From an uncultured Flavobacteriales bacterium (GTDB lineage: Bacteria > Bacteroidota > Bacteroidia > Flavobacteriales > BACL11): a stretch of 64,000 nt of DNA. Positions within the stretch are counted from its first letter, which is position 1. The number at the start of each line of letters is the position of its first letter. Below, piece after piece: positions 1-7,984 of the stretch. The notes under the pieces were generated by a model. The model worked only from the letters and a program-made list of their open reading frames with translations, had not been told where the DNA came from and did not search any database. Made by a program: the position numbers and the translations under genes. The stretch lies in NCBI GenBank assembly GCA_905181585.1, contig CAJIYG010000005.1, positions 32,615 to 96,614 on the forward strand, given 5' to 3'.

Positions 1-66
1 TGTTCATTAGGAGAAATTAGCGCTGCTCTTTTTGAAGTAGGAGGACAGTATAGAAGAAATATGTAA
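1..66 (+). CDS. 3' end of a gene entering from upstream. The tail CSLGEISAALFEVGGQYRRNM* resembles the C-terminus of methylmalonyl-CoA mutase-family catalytic subunits.
   Basis: Open frame from base 1 to TAA at 64-66. Only 21 codons are visible, and the resemblance is from memory of a GEIS..A...V.G.Y type tail. Confidence 0.3.
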   Translation, partial: CSLGEISAALFEVGGQYRRNM

Positions 67-123
67 AAAAATAAAAATGATATCTTTTACAATACACCAA
101 GATACAGTTAATAAAATTCTATA

Positions 124-1659
124 ATGAGAATTATTTTTCTTTTGTGCCTAATACCTTCATTAATTTTATCTCAGGATGTAAATTCTATTTTTAAAGAAAA
201 AGGCGAGATCTATTTTGCTTTTAAATATAAAAATAGAAATCAACTAAATAAACTATCAAAAATAATCTCACTTGATCACAAAATTCAAAAAGATAGTGCT
301 TTTGCATATGCTAATAAAAAAGAATTTTCTGAGTTTCTAAATTTTAATATTAATTATAATATTATAGATAATAATAAAACATTTAATCAGCAAAAATCAA
401 ACAATTGGGACTACTACCCTTCTTACTCTGAATACGTTAATTTAATGGAGAATTTTGCAGACTCATTTCCAAGCATTTGTAAACTACATAGACTTGGAGT
501 GCTAAACTCAGGAAGAGAAATCCTAATTATCCAAATCTCTAATAATGTTGGAATAAAAGAAAATGAACCTTCATTTTTATACACTTCATCTATGCATGGA
601 GATGAACTTACTGGTTATGTTTTAATGCTTAGATTAATTGATGATATTTTACATAATTATTCTACAAATAATTATGTAAAAAACCTTGTTGATAATATTG
701 ATATATGGATTAATCCACTTGCAAATCCTGATGGCACATATGCAGGAGGAAATAATAATGTTTTTAGCGCTACAAGATCTAATGCAAACAATATTGATCT
801 TAACAGAAACTATCCTGATCCTCAAGATGGTTTACATCCAGATGGAAATTCTTTTCAACCTGAGACAATGATTTTCATGGGTTTAGCCGATACCGTAAAC
901 TTTAATTTAGCATCTAATCTACATACAGGCTCTGTAGTTGCTAATTACCCTTGGGATACATGGTCAAATACTCCTGCTGATTTAAATTGGTGGGAGCATG
1001 TTTGCAATGAATATTCTGACACATGTCAATTAAATGGTAATTCAAATTATTTTACAGACTTTAACAATGGAATTACTAATGGATTTGATTGGTACGAAGT
1101 TGATGGTGGTAGACAAGATTATTCAAACTATTTTAATCATTCTAGAGAATTTACTCTTGAACTATCTAATGATAAGACTCCTAACCCAAATAGTTTACCC
1201 TATTATTGGAACGCAAATATTTCTTCACTGTATAATTTCATTCAACAATCTTTATTTGGTCTAAGAGGAATAGTAACAGATAGTATCAGTGGACAACCAT
1301 TAAAAGCATTTATTGAAGTTTTAAATCATGACATTGATAGCTCACAAGTTTTTTCAACTCTGCCCATAGGTAATTATCATAGATATCTATATCAGGGAAA
1401 CTATCAAATTAAGTTTAGTAAAAATGGTTATCATAGTAAGACAATTAACACCTCAATTCTAAATAACTCTACAACTACTAATGATATTCAGCTAGTGCCA
1501 ATAAATTTTGTTAGTATAAATGAAATAATTAAAGAAAAAAATATTTATCAATCAATAGATATACTTGGGAAAAATAAAAACTCAAAAAATAAAAAAAATC
1601 AAATTATATTTAAAAAAAGTGATATTAATAAAATCAAAAAAATAATAATCTTAGAATAA
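124..1659 (+). CDS. Secreted M14 zinc carboxypeptidase with a C-terminal carboxypeptidase-regulatory-like beta domain
   Basis: 511-aa ORF with an N-terminal signal peptide. Zn-binding region SSMHGDELTG, plus NRNYPD and LHTG motifs typical of M14. A GLRGIVTDS..GQPL segment follows the catalytic domain. Confidence 0.8.
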   Translation: MRIIFLLCLIPSLILSQDVNSIFKEKGEIYFAFKYKNRNQLNKLSKIISLDHKIQKDSAFAYANKKEFSEFLNFNINYNIIDNNKTFNQQKSNNWDYYPSYSEYVNLMENFADSFPSICKLHRLGVLNSGREILIIQISNNVGIKENEPSFLYTSSMHGDELTGYVLMLRLIDDILHNYSTNNYVKNLVDNIDIWINPLANPDGTYAGGNNNVFSATRSNANNIDLNRNYPDPQDGLHPDGNSFQPETMIFMGLADTVNFNLASNLHTGSVVANYPWDTWSNTPADLNWWEHVCNEYSDTCQLNGNSNYFTDFNNGITNGFDWYEVDGGRQDYSNYFNHSREFTLELSNDKTPNPNSLPYYWNANISSLYNFIQQSLFGLRGIVTDSISGQPLKAFIEVLNHDIDSSQVFSTLPIGNYHRYLYQGNYQIKFSKNGYHSKTINTSILNNSTTTNDIQLVPINFVSINEIIKEKNIYQSIDILGKNKNSKNKKNQIIFKKSDINKIKKIIILE

Positions 1660-1672
1660 AAAAAAAAAAAAA

Positions 1673-2290
1673 ATGAAAAAAATTATAATATTTATAATGT
1701 GCTTACCTTTTTTAGTATTTGCACAAAACACAGAAAAAACTAAATTTCAAACAATTTCTATTAATGAAAAAATGCCTGAAGTTGATTTTGAATTAAAGTC
1801 AGTAAATGAACAATGGATCACAATAAATTCACAAACAAGTGATAATGGATTATTAGTTATTTTCACCTGTAACACTTGCCCATTTGTGGTTATGTGGGAA
1901 GACAGGTATAAATTAGTAGAGCAAATAGCTGAAGAAAATAATATTGGATTAGTATATATTAATTCAAATTATAAGAAACGAAAAAGTGATGATTCATTTG
2001 AAAGAATGCAAAAACATGCAAAAAAAATGGATTATCAATTTCCATATCTTTTAGATGAAAAAAGTAAGTTAGCAAATATATTTGGAGCAAAAACAACTCC
2101 CCATATTTTCTTATTTGACAATAAAAACACACTCGTTTTCAAAGGAGCTATTGATGATAATTATAAAGAAATTAAAAAAGTTGAAAAATTTTATTTAAAA
2201 GATGCTATTAAACAACTGGTTTCTGGATCAGAAATTACTGTTAGTGAAACAAAAGCAGTTGGTTGTAGTATTAAAAGATATGTTCCTTAA
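1673..2290 (+). CDS. Exported thioredoxin-fold thiol-disulfide oxidoreductase (redoxin/TlpA-like)
   Basis: Signal peptide. C-x-x-C centre CNTCPF in the context LLVIFTCNTCPFV. TTPHIFLFD matches the cis-Pro loop region of the thioredoxin fold. Confidence 0.7.
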   Translation: MKKIIIFIMCLPFLVFAQNTEKTKFQTISINEKMPEVDFELKSVNEQWITINSQTSDNGLLVIFTCNTCPFVVMWEDRYKLVEQIAEENNIGLVYINSNYKKRKSDDSFERMQKHAKKMDYQFPYLLDEKSKLANIFGAKTTPHIFLFDNKNTLVFKGAIDDNYKEIKKVEKFYLKDAIKQLVSGSEITVSETKAVGCSIKRYVP

Positions 2291-3217
2291 ATGTATGATG
2301 TTGTAATATTAACAGATTATAGATATGAAAATCCTGTCAAAAAAAATTGGTACATAAATCAAGTACTAAAAGAGGATCAGTTGTTACTTGAAGCTATTAG
2401 AAAAAAAGGTCTTACTGTTTGTAAAAAAGATTGGAACTGCAAAAAATTCGATTGGCAAAAGACTCGTTCAGCAATATTTAGATCAACATGGGATTATTTT
2501 GACAAATTTGATGAGTTTTTTGAATGGAAAGAAAAAAATAAAAAAAAACTTTTCTTTATAAATTCATCAAAAATTATTGATTGGAATATTAATAAGATTT
2601 ATTTAAAGGAACTAAGTAAAAAAGGTATTAATATTCCTGATTCTATATTTATTCAAAAAGGAGATAAAATTGATTTACAAAAACTATTTGATAAAAGTCA
2701 GTTTACAACAGCAATATTAAAACCAAATATATCTGGTGCAGCTAGACATACTTACAAAATAGAAAATTCTGAGTTAAAAAATTTTGAAATTATATTTAGA
2801 GAATTAATATCTGAAAAAGATATGATTTTTCAAAAATTTATAAATAACATTATTACAGAGGGAGAAATTTCACTAATAATGATTGGAGGTAAACATACAC
2901 ACTCAGTAAAAAAGAAAGCTAAAAAAGGAGACTTTAGGGTTCAAGATGATCATGGTGGTACTGTTGCAAACTATAACCCTACAAAAGAAGAAATTATTTT
3001 TGCTCAAAATTGCATTAAAAAATGTCCAGAAAAACCATTATACGCTAGAGTAGATATAATTTATGATAATGATAATAAATTAGCTTTAAATGAACTAGAG
3101 CTAATTGAGCCTGAATTATGGTTTAGAGAACATCCACCAGCAGCAGAAAAGCTAGCAGTTGAAATAAAGAATTATTTATTTGAAATTAAAAAAACATCCA
3201 ACTCAATATCATCATAG
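2291..3217 (+). CDS. ATP-grasp family ligase-like protein (RimK / glutathione synthetase-like fold), substrate unknown
   Basis: 308-aa ORF starting directly after the preceding stop. KPNISGAARHTY, a GE.SLI..GG.. segment and a LNELELIEPELWF segment are consistent with an ATP-grasp. No specific subfamily recognised. Confidence 0.5.
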   Translation: MYDVVILTDYRYENPVKKNWYINQVLKEDQLLLEAIRKKGLTVCKKDWNCKKFDWQKTRSAIFRSTWDYFDKFDEFFEWKEKNKKKLFFINSSKIIDWNINKIYLKELSKKGINIPDSIFIQKGDKIDLQKLFDKSQFTTAILKPNISGAARHTYKIENSELKNFEIIFRELISEKDMIFQKFINNIITEGEISLIMIGGKHTHSVKKKAKKGDFRVQDDHGGTVANYNPTKEEIIFAQNCIKKCPEKPLYARVDIIYDNDNKLALNELELIEPELWFREHPPAAEKLAVEIKNYLFEIKKTSNSISS

Positions 3218-3765
3218 ATAATTTTATCACCAAGGTTTTTAAAGATATTTCCTGATTTATATTCAACTCCCCATTTTGTTCTGTCAATTGTAAATTTTGC
3301 TGCAGCAACGAAGGAATTTCCACTTCCTGTAACCTCAGCTTCAAAAGAAATAGGGTTAGTAATTCCTTTCATAGTTAGATCAGCAAGGACACTATAATTT
3401 CTATCATCAATTTTGAAAACTTTAGTAATTTTTAAATTAGCATCGGAAAATTTCTCAACATCAAAAAAATCTTCATTTTTTAAATGACGATCTAACTTTT
3501 TGTTAGATTCTTCAGACATATCATTTGTTGCTAATGATTGCATATCAATAGAAAAGGTTCCACCAACAAAATTTCCATGATCAAATGTTAAAAAACCTGA
3601 TACTATATCTATAGTTCCAGTATGCGATCCAGTTGGCTTACTTCCAGTCCAAATAAGTTTAGAGTTTTTAGTATTTACTTTCACATCATTAGTGTGAGGA
3701 GAAATTGTGAAACTACTTATTAAAAAAGCAGCTACTAACAGAACAGGAATAAATAGATTTTTCAT
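3172..3765 (-). CDS. YceI family periplasmic polyisoprenoid-binding protein
   Basis: Signal peptide. GSHTG..D...G and the FTIDRTKWGV motif are characteristic of YceI-like domains. Confidence 0.8.
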   Translation of the reverse strand: MKNLFIPVLLVAAFLISSFTISPHTNDVKVNTKNSKLIWTGSKPTGSHTGTIDIVSGFLTFDHGNFVGGTFSIDMQSLATNDMSEESNKKLDRHLKNEDFFDVEKFSDANLKITKVFKIDDRNYSVLADLTMKGITNPISFEAEVTGSGNSFVAAAKFTIDRTKWGVEYKSGNIFKNLGDKIIYDDIELDVFLISNK

Positions 3766-3779
3766 TGTGTATTTTTTTA

Positions 3780-3787
3780 CAAATTTA
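3780..3787 (-). promoter_or_regulatory. Bacteroidota-type -7 promoter box (TAAATTTG) for the YceI gene
   Basis: Exact TAnnTTTG on the minus strand. Its G lies 15 nt upstream of the start codon at 3765. Confidence 0.45.
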
Positions 3788-3789
3788 CA

Positions 3790-3797
3790 TAAATTTG
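3790..3797 (+). promoter_or_regulatory. Bacteroidota-type -7 promoter box (TAAATTTG) for the GNAT gene
   Basis: Exact TAnnTTTG. The ATG at 3814 starts 17 nt after the G. It is divergent with the box at 3780-3787. Confidence 0.45.
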
Positions 3798-3813
3798 AAA
3801 TAATAAAACAAAT

Positions 3814-4242
3814 ATGATCAAAATACTAAAAGTACTTTTCTCCGATAATAAAAATATTCAAAAATGCTTTGCAATAAGAAAGAAAGTTTTTGTTGAAGAG
3901 CAAAATTGTGACCCGAAAGATGAATATGAAAATGAAGAAGAATCTATACACTTCTTACTCATAAAAGATAATCAAAATATAGCTACTGCAAGATATAGAA
4001 AAACTGAAAAAGGAATTAAAATGGAACGTTTTGCTGTATTAAAGCAGTATAGAGGAAAGGGATTTGGATACAAAATTTTAAATGCAATGCTTAAAGATCT
4101 AGATAAAAAAACCTCAATTAAGTATTTACATGCCCAAGTGCAAGTTGTTGGATTTTATGAAAAAATTGGTTTTGAAAAGGTTGGAGATATTTTTGATGAG
4201 GTAGGAATAATGCACTACAAAATGATTTTTAAATCAAATTAA
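3814..4242 (+). CDS. GNAT family N-acetyltransferase
   Basis: 142 aa. Acetyl-CoA binding motif QYRGKGFGYKILNAM, i.e. the Q/R-x-x-G-x-G/A signature. Confidence 0.8.
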   Translation: MIKILKVLFSDNKNIQKCFAIRKKVFVEEQNCDPKDEYENEEESIHFLLIKDNQNIATARYRKTEKGIKMERFAVLKQYRGKGFGYKILNAMLKDLDKKTSIKYLHAQVQVVGFYEKIGFEKVGDIFDEVGIMHYKMIFKSN

Positions 4243-5291
4243 TTTATTGTTAGCTTATCAGTCCAACCAAAACTATCCAATGCTATTCCCTTTTGAATAG
4301 ATAAAAGTCTATCTTTAAGTTTTAGCGTAATGGTTTCTAAATTACTAAATGTAACTTTATCTTCTTTAAAAGTAATAGATGAAATAGGAAGTACTGAAAC
4401 AGCAGTACCTGTTCCAAAAGCTTCACTCAAAATACCTTTTTTACTTGCCTCTAATATTTCATCAACAGTGATATCCCTTTCCTGCACAGTTAATCCAAGA
4501 TCTTTAGATATTAATATTACAGAATCTCTTGTAATACCTCCAAGAATAGTGTCAGATAACTTTGGAGTTACTAAAACATTATCAATTACAAACCAAATAT
4601 TCATAGTACCAGACTCTTCAATTAAATTATGATTTTTTGAATCAGTCCAAATTACTTGAGTAAAACCTTTTTTCTTAGCTAAATTAGTTGGGAAAAAAGA
4701 AGCTCCATAATTACCAGCTGCTTTAGCAAACCCTACTCCTCCACTAGCTGACCTAGAGTATTCTTGCTCAATAATAAGATGGATAGGGTCACTATAATAA
4801 GTCTTTGTGGGAGAAAGAATTATCATGAAAGTATACTCATTAGAAGAGGAAGCCTTGATACATGGTTCTGAAGCAAAGATAAATGGTCTAATGTAAATTG
4901 AAAAACCTGGATCTGACTTACACCACTCTGAATCAAGCTTTAATAAAGTATTTAAACCATCATAAAAAATCTCAGATGTAATTTCTGGAATAGCCATTCT
5001 TTTAGCAGATTGATTAAGTCTTTTAAGATTCTCATCTCTTCTAAAAAACAGAATATCATTAGAAGAATTTTTAAAAGCTTTCATACCCTCAAAAACAGAT
5101 TGACCGTAATGAAAAACCTGAGCTGCAGGGCTTATAGAAAAATCACCATATTCCATGATTTGAACAGGACCCCATGAGTTATTCTTGAATTTACATACAA
5201 GCATATGATCTGAAAATACCATTCCAAAAGGAAGATTATTAAAATCAGTAGTATTTAATCGAGAATTTTTAGAAGGAGTTACACTAATCAA
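4239..5291 (-). CDS. ilvE: Branched-chain amino acid aminotransferase (class IV PLP enzyme)
   Basis: 350 aa. Motifs YGQSVFEGMKAF, IRPFIF, GNYGASF and GITRDSV are typical of IlvE. Confidence 0.85.
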   Translation of the reverse strand: MISVTPSKNSRLNTTDFNNLPFGMVFSDHMLVCKFKNNSWGPVQIMEYGDFSISPAAQVFHYGQSVFEGMKAFKNSSNDILFFRRDENLKRLNQSAKRMAIPEITSEIFYDGLNTLLKLDSEWCKSDPGFSIYIRPFIFASEPCIKASSSNEYTFMIILSPTKTYYSDPIHLIIEQEYSRSASGGVGFAKAAGNYGASFFPTNLAKKKGFTQVIWTDSKNHNLIEESGTMNIWFVIDNVLVTPKLSDTILGGITRDSVILISKDLGLTVQERDITVDEILEASKKGILSEAFGTGTAVSVLPISSITFKEDKVTFSNLETITLKLKDRLLSIQKGIALDSFGWTDKLTIN

Positions 5292-5372
5292 AACATATAA
5301 ATTTATCTAGTACAAAGATACGAATTAAATCATTTAATATGCTAAATACTTTATTAAAACAAAATTTTAAAA

Positions 5373-5380
5373 TACTTTTG
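5373..5380 (+). promoter_or_regulatory. -7 promoter box (TACTTTTG)
   Basis: Exact TAnnTTTG. The ATG at 5395 starts 15 nt after the G. Confidence 0.4.
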
Positions 5381-5394
5381 AAAAAAAATATTAC

Positions 5395-5874
5395 ATGAAA
5401 AATCTAATCTTAATATCTACATTTATATTAATATATAGTTGTACAAGCAACACTACAAATTCAACATTAGAATCAAATAGTATTCAAATTTTTGGAGATT
5501 CTACAATGAATGAAAAAGGAAAAATATCTGGTTCTGAGTTAATTACTATTTTATCTGAAAGAGATTCAGCAATGGTAAGAGTTGAAGCTCCAATTACTTC
5601 AGTATGTCAAAAAAAGGGTTGTTGGATGTATGTAGAATTAGACAGTTCTATAGAAATGTTAGTGAGATTTAAGGACTATGGTTTTTTTGTTCCAATGGAA
5701 TCAGCTGGAGATATAGCAGTGGTTCAAGGAATAGCTAAAGTAGATACTCTTTCTATAGCATGGCTAAGGCATTTAAAAGAAGATGCCAATGCATCTCAAG
5801 AAGAAATTGATGCAATTACAGAGCCTAAAATCACATATAGCATTTCAGAAGCTACTGCTGTTTTAATAAAGTAA
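5395..5874 (+). CDS. DUF4920-like lipoprotein
   Basis: Lipobox-like signal (LIYSC). The conserved-looking CQKKGCWM motif and the size (159 aa) match DUF4920 proteins of Bacteroidota as I remember them. Confidence 0.55.
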   Translation: MKNLILISTFILIYSCTSNTTNSTLESNSIQIFGDSTMNEKGKISGSELITILSERDSAMVRVEAPITSVCQKKGCWMYVELDSSIEMLVRFKDYGFFVPMESAGDIAVVQGIAKVDTLSIAWLRHLKEDANASQEEIDAITEPKITYSISEATAVLIK

Positions 5875-6324
5875 ATGTTAAGCAGAATTTTTATTTTTTT
5901 AATTCTAATCTGTACTTCTTTTAGCTGCCAAGAAACAGAGAGAAAAACACCAAAACCATTAAATCCAAATGGAGATAGTGAACTTGCTCTACTTATGAGA
6001 GAGTTGCAAACAAATACATCTATTATTAAAAATGAAATTGAAAAAGTAAATTTTGATCCTTCCGAAAATAGTAATAATGAATATTTTGCAAAATTAATTG
6101 AAAGTAGACATAAATTAATTGAAGCAGAACCATCAGATAAAAATTTAAAATCAACAAATACTTACTCTAATTTTGTAAAAATGTATAATTATTCTGTTTC
6201 AAATTTTCTTGACAATAACATAAAAACTAATAATTATAATAATATGATAAACAACTGTATTTCATGTCATCAGCAATTTTGTCTAGGAACAATTGCAACA
6301 ATTAATAAACTGAAAATTAAATAA
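5875..6324 (+). CDS. Small exported c-type cytochrome candidate (single CXXCH near the C-terminus)
   Basis: Signal/lipobox (TSFSC). There is one heme-attachment motif, CISCH, in NNCISCHQQFC, about 20 residues from the C-terminus. The rest looks helical. Confidence 0.45.
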   Translation: MLSRIFIFLILICTSFSCQETERKTPKPLNPNGDSELALLMRELQTNTSIIKNEIEKVNFDPSENSNNEYFAKLIESRHKLIEAEPSDKNLKSTNTYSNFVKMYNYSVSNFLDNNIKTNNYNNMINNCISCHQQFCLGTIATINKLKIK

Positions 6325-6978
6325 GTGAATAATCTGATTTTAACAAAAGATGGATCACACACAATATTTTCAAAGGAAATAAATGAAAACTACCATTCCA
6401 AACACGGAGCCATAAGTGAATCTTTACATGTTTTTATTAAAAATGGTCTTGAAAAAGTAGAGAAAAAAAGTATTGAATTATTAGAAATTGGTTTTGGTAC
6501 GGGATTAAATGCTTTTTTGAGTCAAAATTATGTTGAAGTAAAAAAAATATTTTGTAATTACCATAGCATTGAAAAATTCCCAATAAATAAAGAACAATTT
6601 AAAAATCTAAACTACCCAAAAACATTAGGTATTGATAAAAAAAAATTTATTGACTTACACGATTCAAATTGGAATAGCTTAAATAAATTATCTGAGTACT
6701 TTAATTTAATAAAAATTAAAAAGGATATACTTGATTATAAAACTAATTTAAAATTTGATATAATTTTTTTTGATGCTTTTTCGCCAGAAAAACAAGCTGA
6801 AATGTGGTCAGAAGAAATATTAAAAAAAATGTTTACTTTTCTGAAAAAAAATGGATTTCTTGTAACATATTGTGCTAAAGGAATTATCAAAAGAAAATTA
6901 AAAGAAGTTGGTTTTAAAGTTATAAGCCTTCCGGGACCAATTGGAAAAAGAGAAATGACTATGGCTATGAAAATATAG
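6325..6978 (+). CDS. mnmD: Stand-alone MnmC-type SAM-dependent tRNA (mnm5s2U34) methyltransferase domain protein
   Basis: GTG start immediately after the preceding stop. SAM motif LEIGFGTGLN. FFDAFSPEKQAEMWS is diagnostic of the MnmC methyltransferase domain. No FAD oxidoreductase domain is present. Confidence 0.65.
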   Translation: MNNLILTKDGSHTIFSKEINENYHSKHGAISESLHVFIKNGLEKVEKKSIELLEIGFGTGLNAFLSQNYVEVKKIFCNYHSIEKFPINKEQFKNLNYPKTLGIDKKKFIDLHDSNWNSLNKLSEYFNLIKIKKDILDYKTNLKFDIIFFDAFSPEKQAEMWSEEILKKMFTFLKKNGFLVTYCAKGIIKRKLKEVGFKVISLPGPIGKREMTMAMKI

Positions 6979-7183
6979 CATCTAAAACATTTTTAAGACC
7001 TTTGTAAGCACAATAAAAAAGTACTGGTAATAAAACAATAGCAATTATAATAACTGTATAACTATCCTTTCGCATATTATTAAAACCAATAAATAGCAAA
7101 GAAGCATCAAGAGCAATAACAAGTGCTGTAGCAGAAAGCCACATTGCTCCTTTTATAATTTTATCCTTATCAATTTCACTCAT
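6965..7183 (-). CDS. Small two-helix membrane protein, unknown function
   Basis: 72-aa ORF with two hydrophobic segments. Its start overlaps the murQ stop by 8 nt, which suggests translational coupling. Confidence 0.4.
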   Translation of the reverse strand: MSEIDKDKIIKGAMWLSATALVIALDASLLFIGFNNMRKDSYTVIIIAIVLLPVLFYCAYKGLKNVLDAIFS

Positions 7184-7982
7184 TAATAAATTTTAATACA
7201 TTTCTGACTGAATTATATTCTTTTAATAATTCTTTTGCCTTTTCATAAGACATATCCTTTGATTTAATAATCATTTTGACACCTCTATCAACTAATTTTT
7301 CATTTGAGAGCTGCATATCTACCATCTTATTACCACGAACATGACCAAGTTTTATCATTACAGATGTAGAAATCATATTTAAAACTAATTTCTGAGCAGT
7401 TCCAGATTTCATTCTTGTACTTCCAGTAACAAATTCTGGACCAACAACAATCTCTAATGGATAGTCTGAAACTAAACTTACAGGAGAATTTTCATTACAA
7501 ACAATACATCCAGTTGTAATATTATTGTTTTGACATTCTTCTAATGCTCCAACAACATATGGAGTTGTTCCAGATGCAGCAATTCCAATTACAACATCAT
7601 TTTTACCTACTTTATGTGCTAATAAATCACTCCAACCAAGCATTCTATCATCTTCAGCAAATTCAACTGCTTTTCGTATTGCGTTATCTCCTCCAGCAAT
7701 TAATCCTATAACTAAATCATGGCTTACTCCAAAGGTTGGAGGGCACTCAGATGCATCAAGAATACCTAGTCTTCCTGAAGTACCAGCCCCAATGTAGAAG
7801 AGACGTCCTCCAGATTTTAGTTGAGTAAAAATCTTATCTACTAAAACACTAATTTCAGAGATATGTTGTTTAATAATATTTGGTACTGAATTATCTTCCT
7901 TATTAATATTAAGCAATAACTGATCTGTTGTCATTTCCTCCAAAGAATGGTGGTTTGAGTCAGACTCTGTTATTTTTTTCAT
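7176..7982 (-). CDS. murQ: N-acetylmuramic acid 6-phosphate etherase
   Basis: SIS domain with GAGTSGRLG, DASECPPTFG and GSTRMKSGTAQK motifs. Confidence 0.85.
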   Translation of the reverse strand: MKKITESDSNHHSLEEMTTDQLLLNINKEDNSVPNIIKQHISEISVLVDKIFTQLKSGGRLFYIGAGTSGRLGILDASECPPTFGVSHDLVIGLIAGGDNAIRKAVEFAEDDRMLGWSDLLAHKVGKNDVVIGIAASGTTPYVVGALEECQNNNITTGCIVCNENSPVSLVSDYPLEIVVGPEFVTGSTRMKSGTAQKLVLNMISTSVMIKLGHVRGNKMVDMQLSNEKLVDRGVKMIIKSKDMSYEKAKELLKEYNSVRNVLKFINE

Positions 7983-7984
7983 TA

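Noticed and set aside
124-3217. M14 carboxypeptidase plus ATP-grasp ligase as a RimK/CCP-like C-terminal tail editing pair
   Set aside because: The M14 enzyme and the intervening redoxin have clear signal peptides, while the ATP-grasp protein has none. The putative ligase and peptidase would therefore act in different compartments. The adjacency probably reflects gene packing.
3172-3217. 46-nt convergent overlap between the ATP-grasp ORF and the YceI gene
   Set aside because: It probably reflects a slightly over-extended, poorly conserved C-terminal tail (…EIKKTSNSISS) in an AT-rich genome. There is no evidence of a regulatory antisense arrangement.
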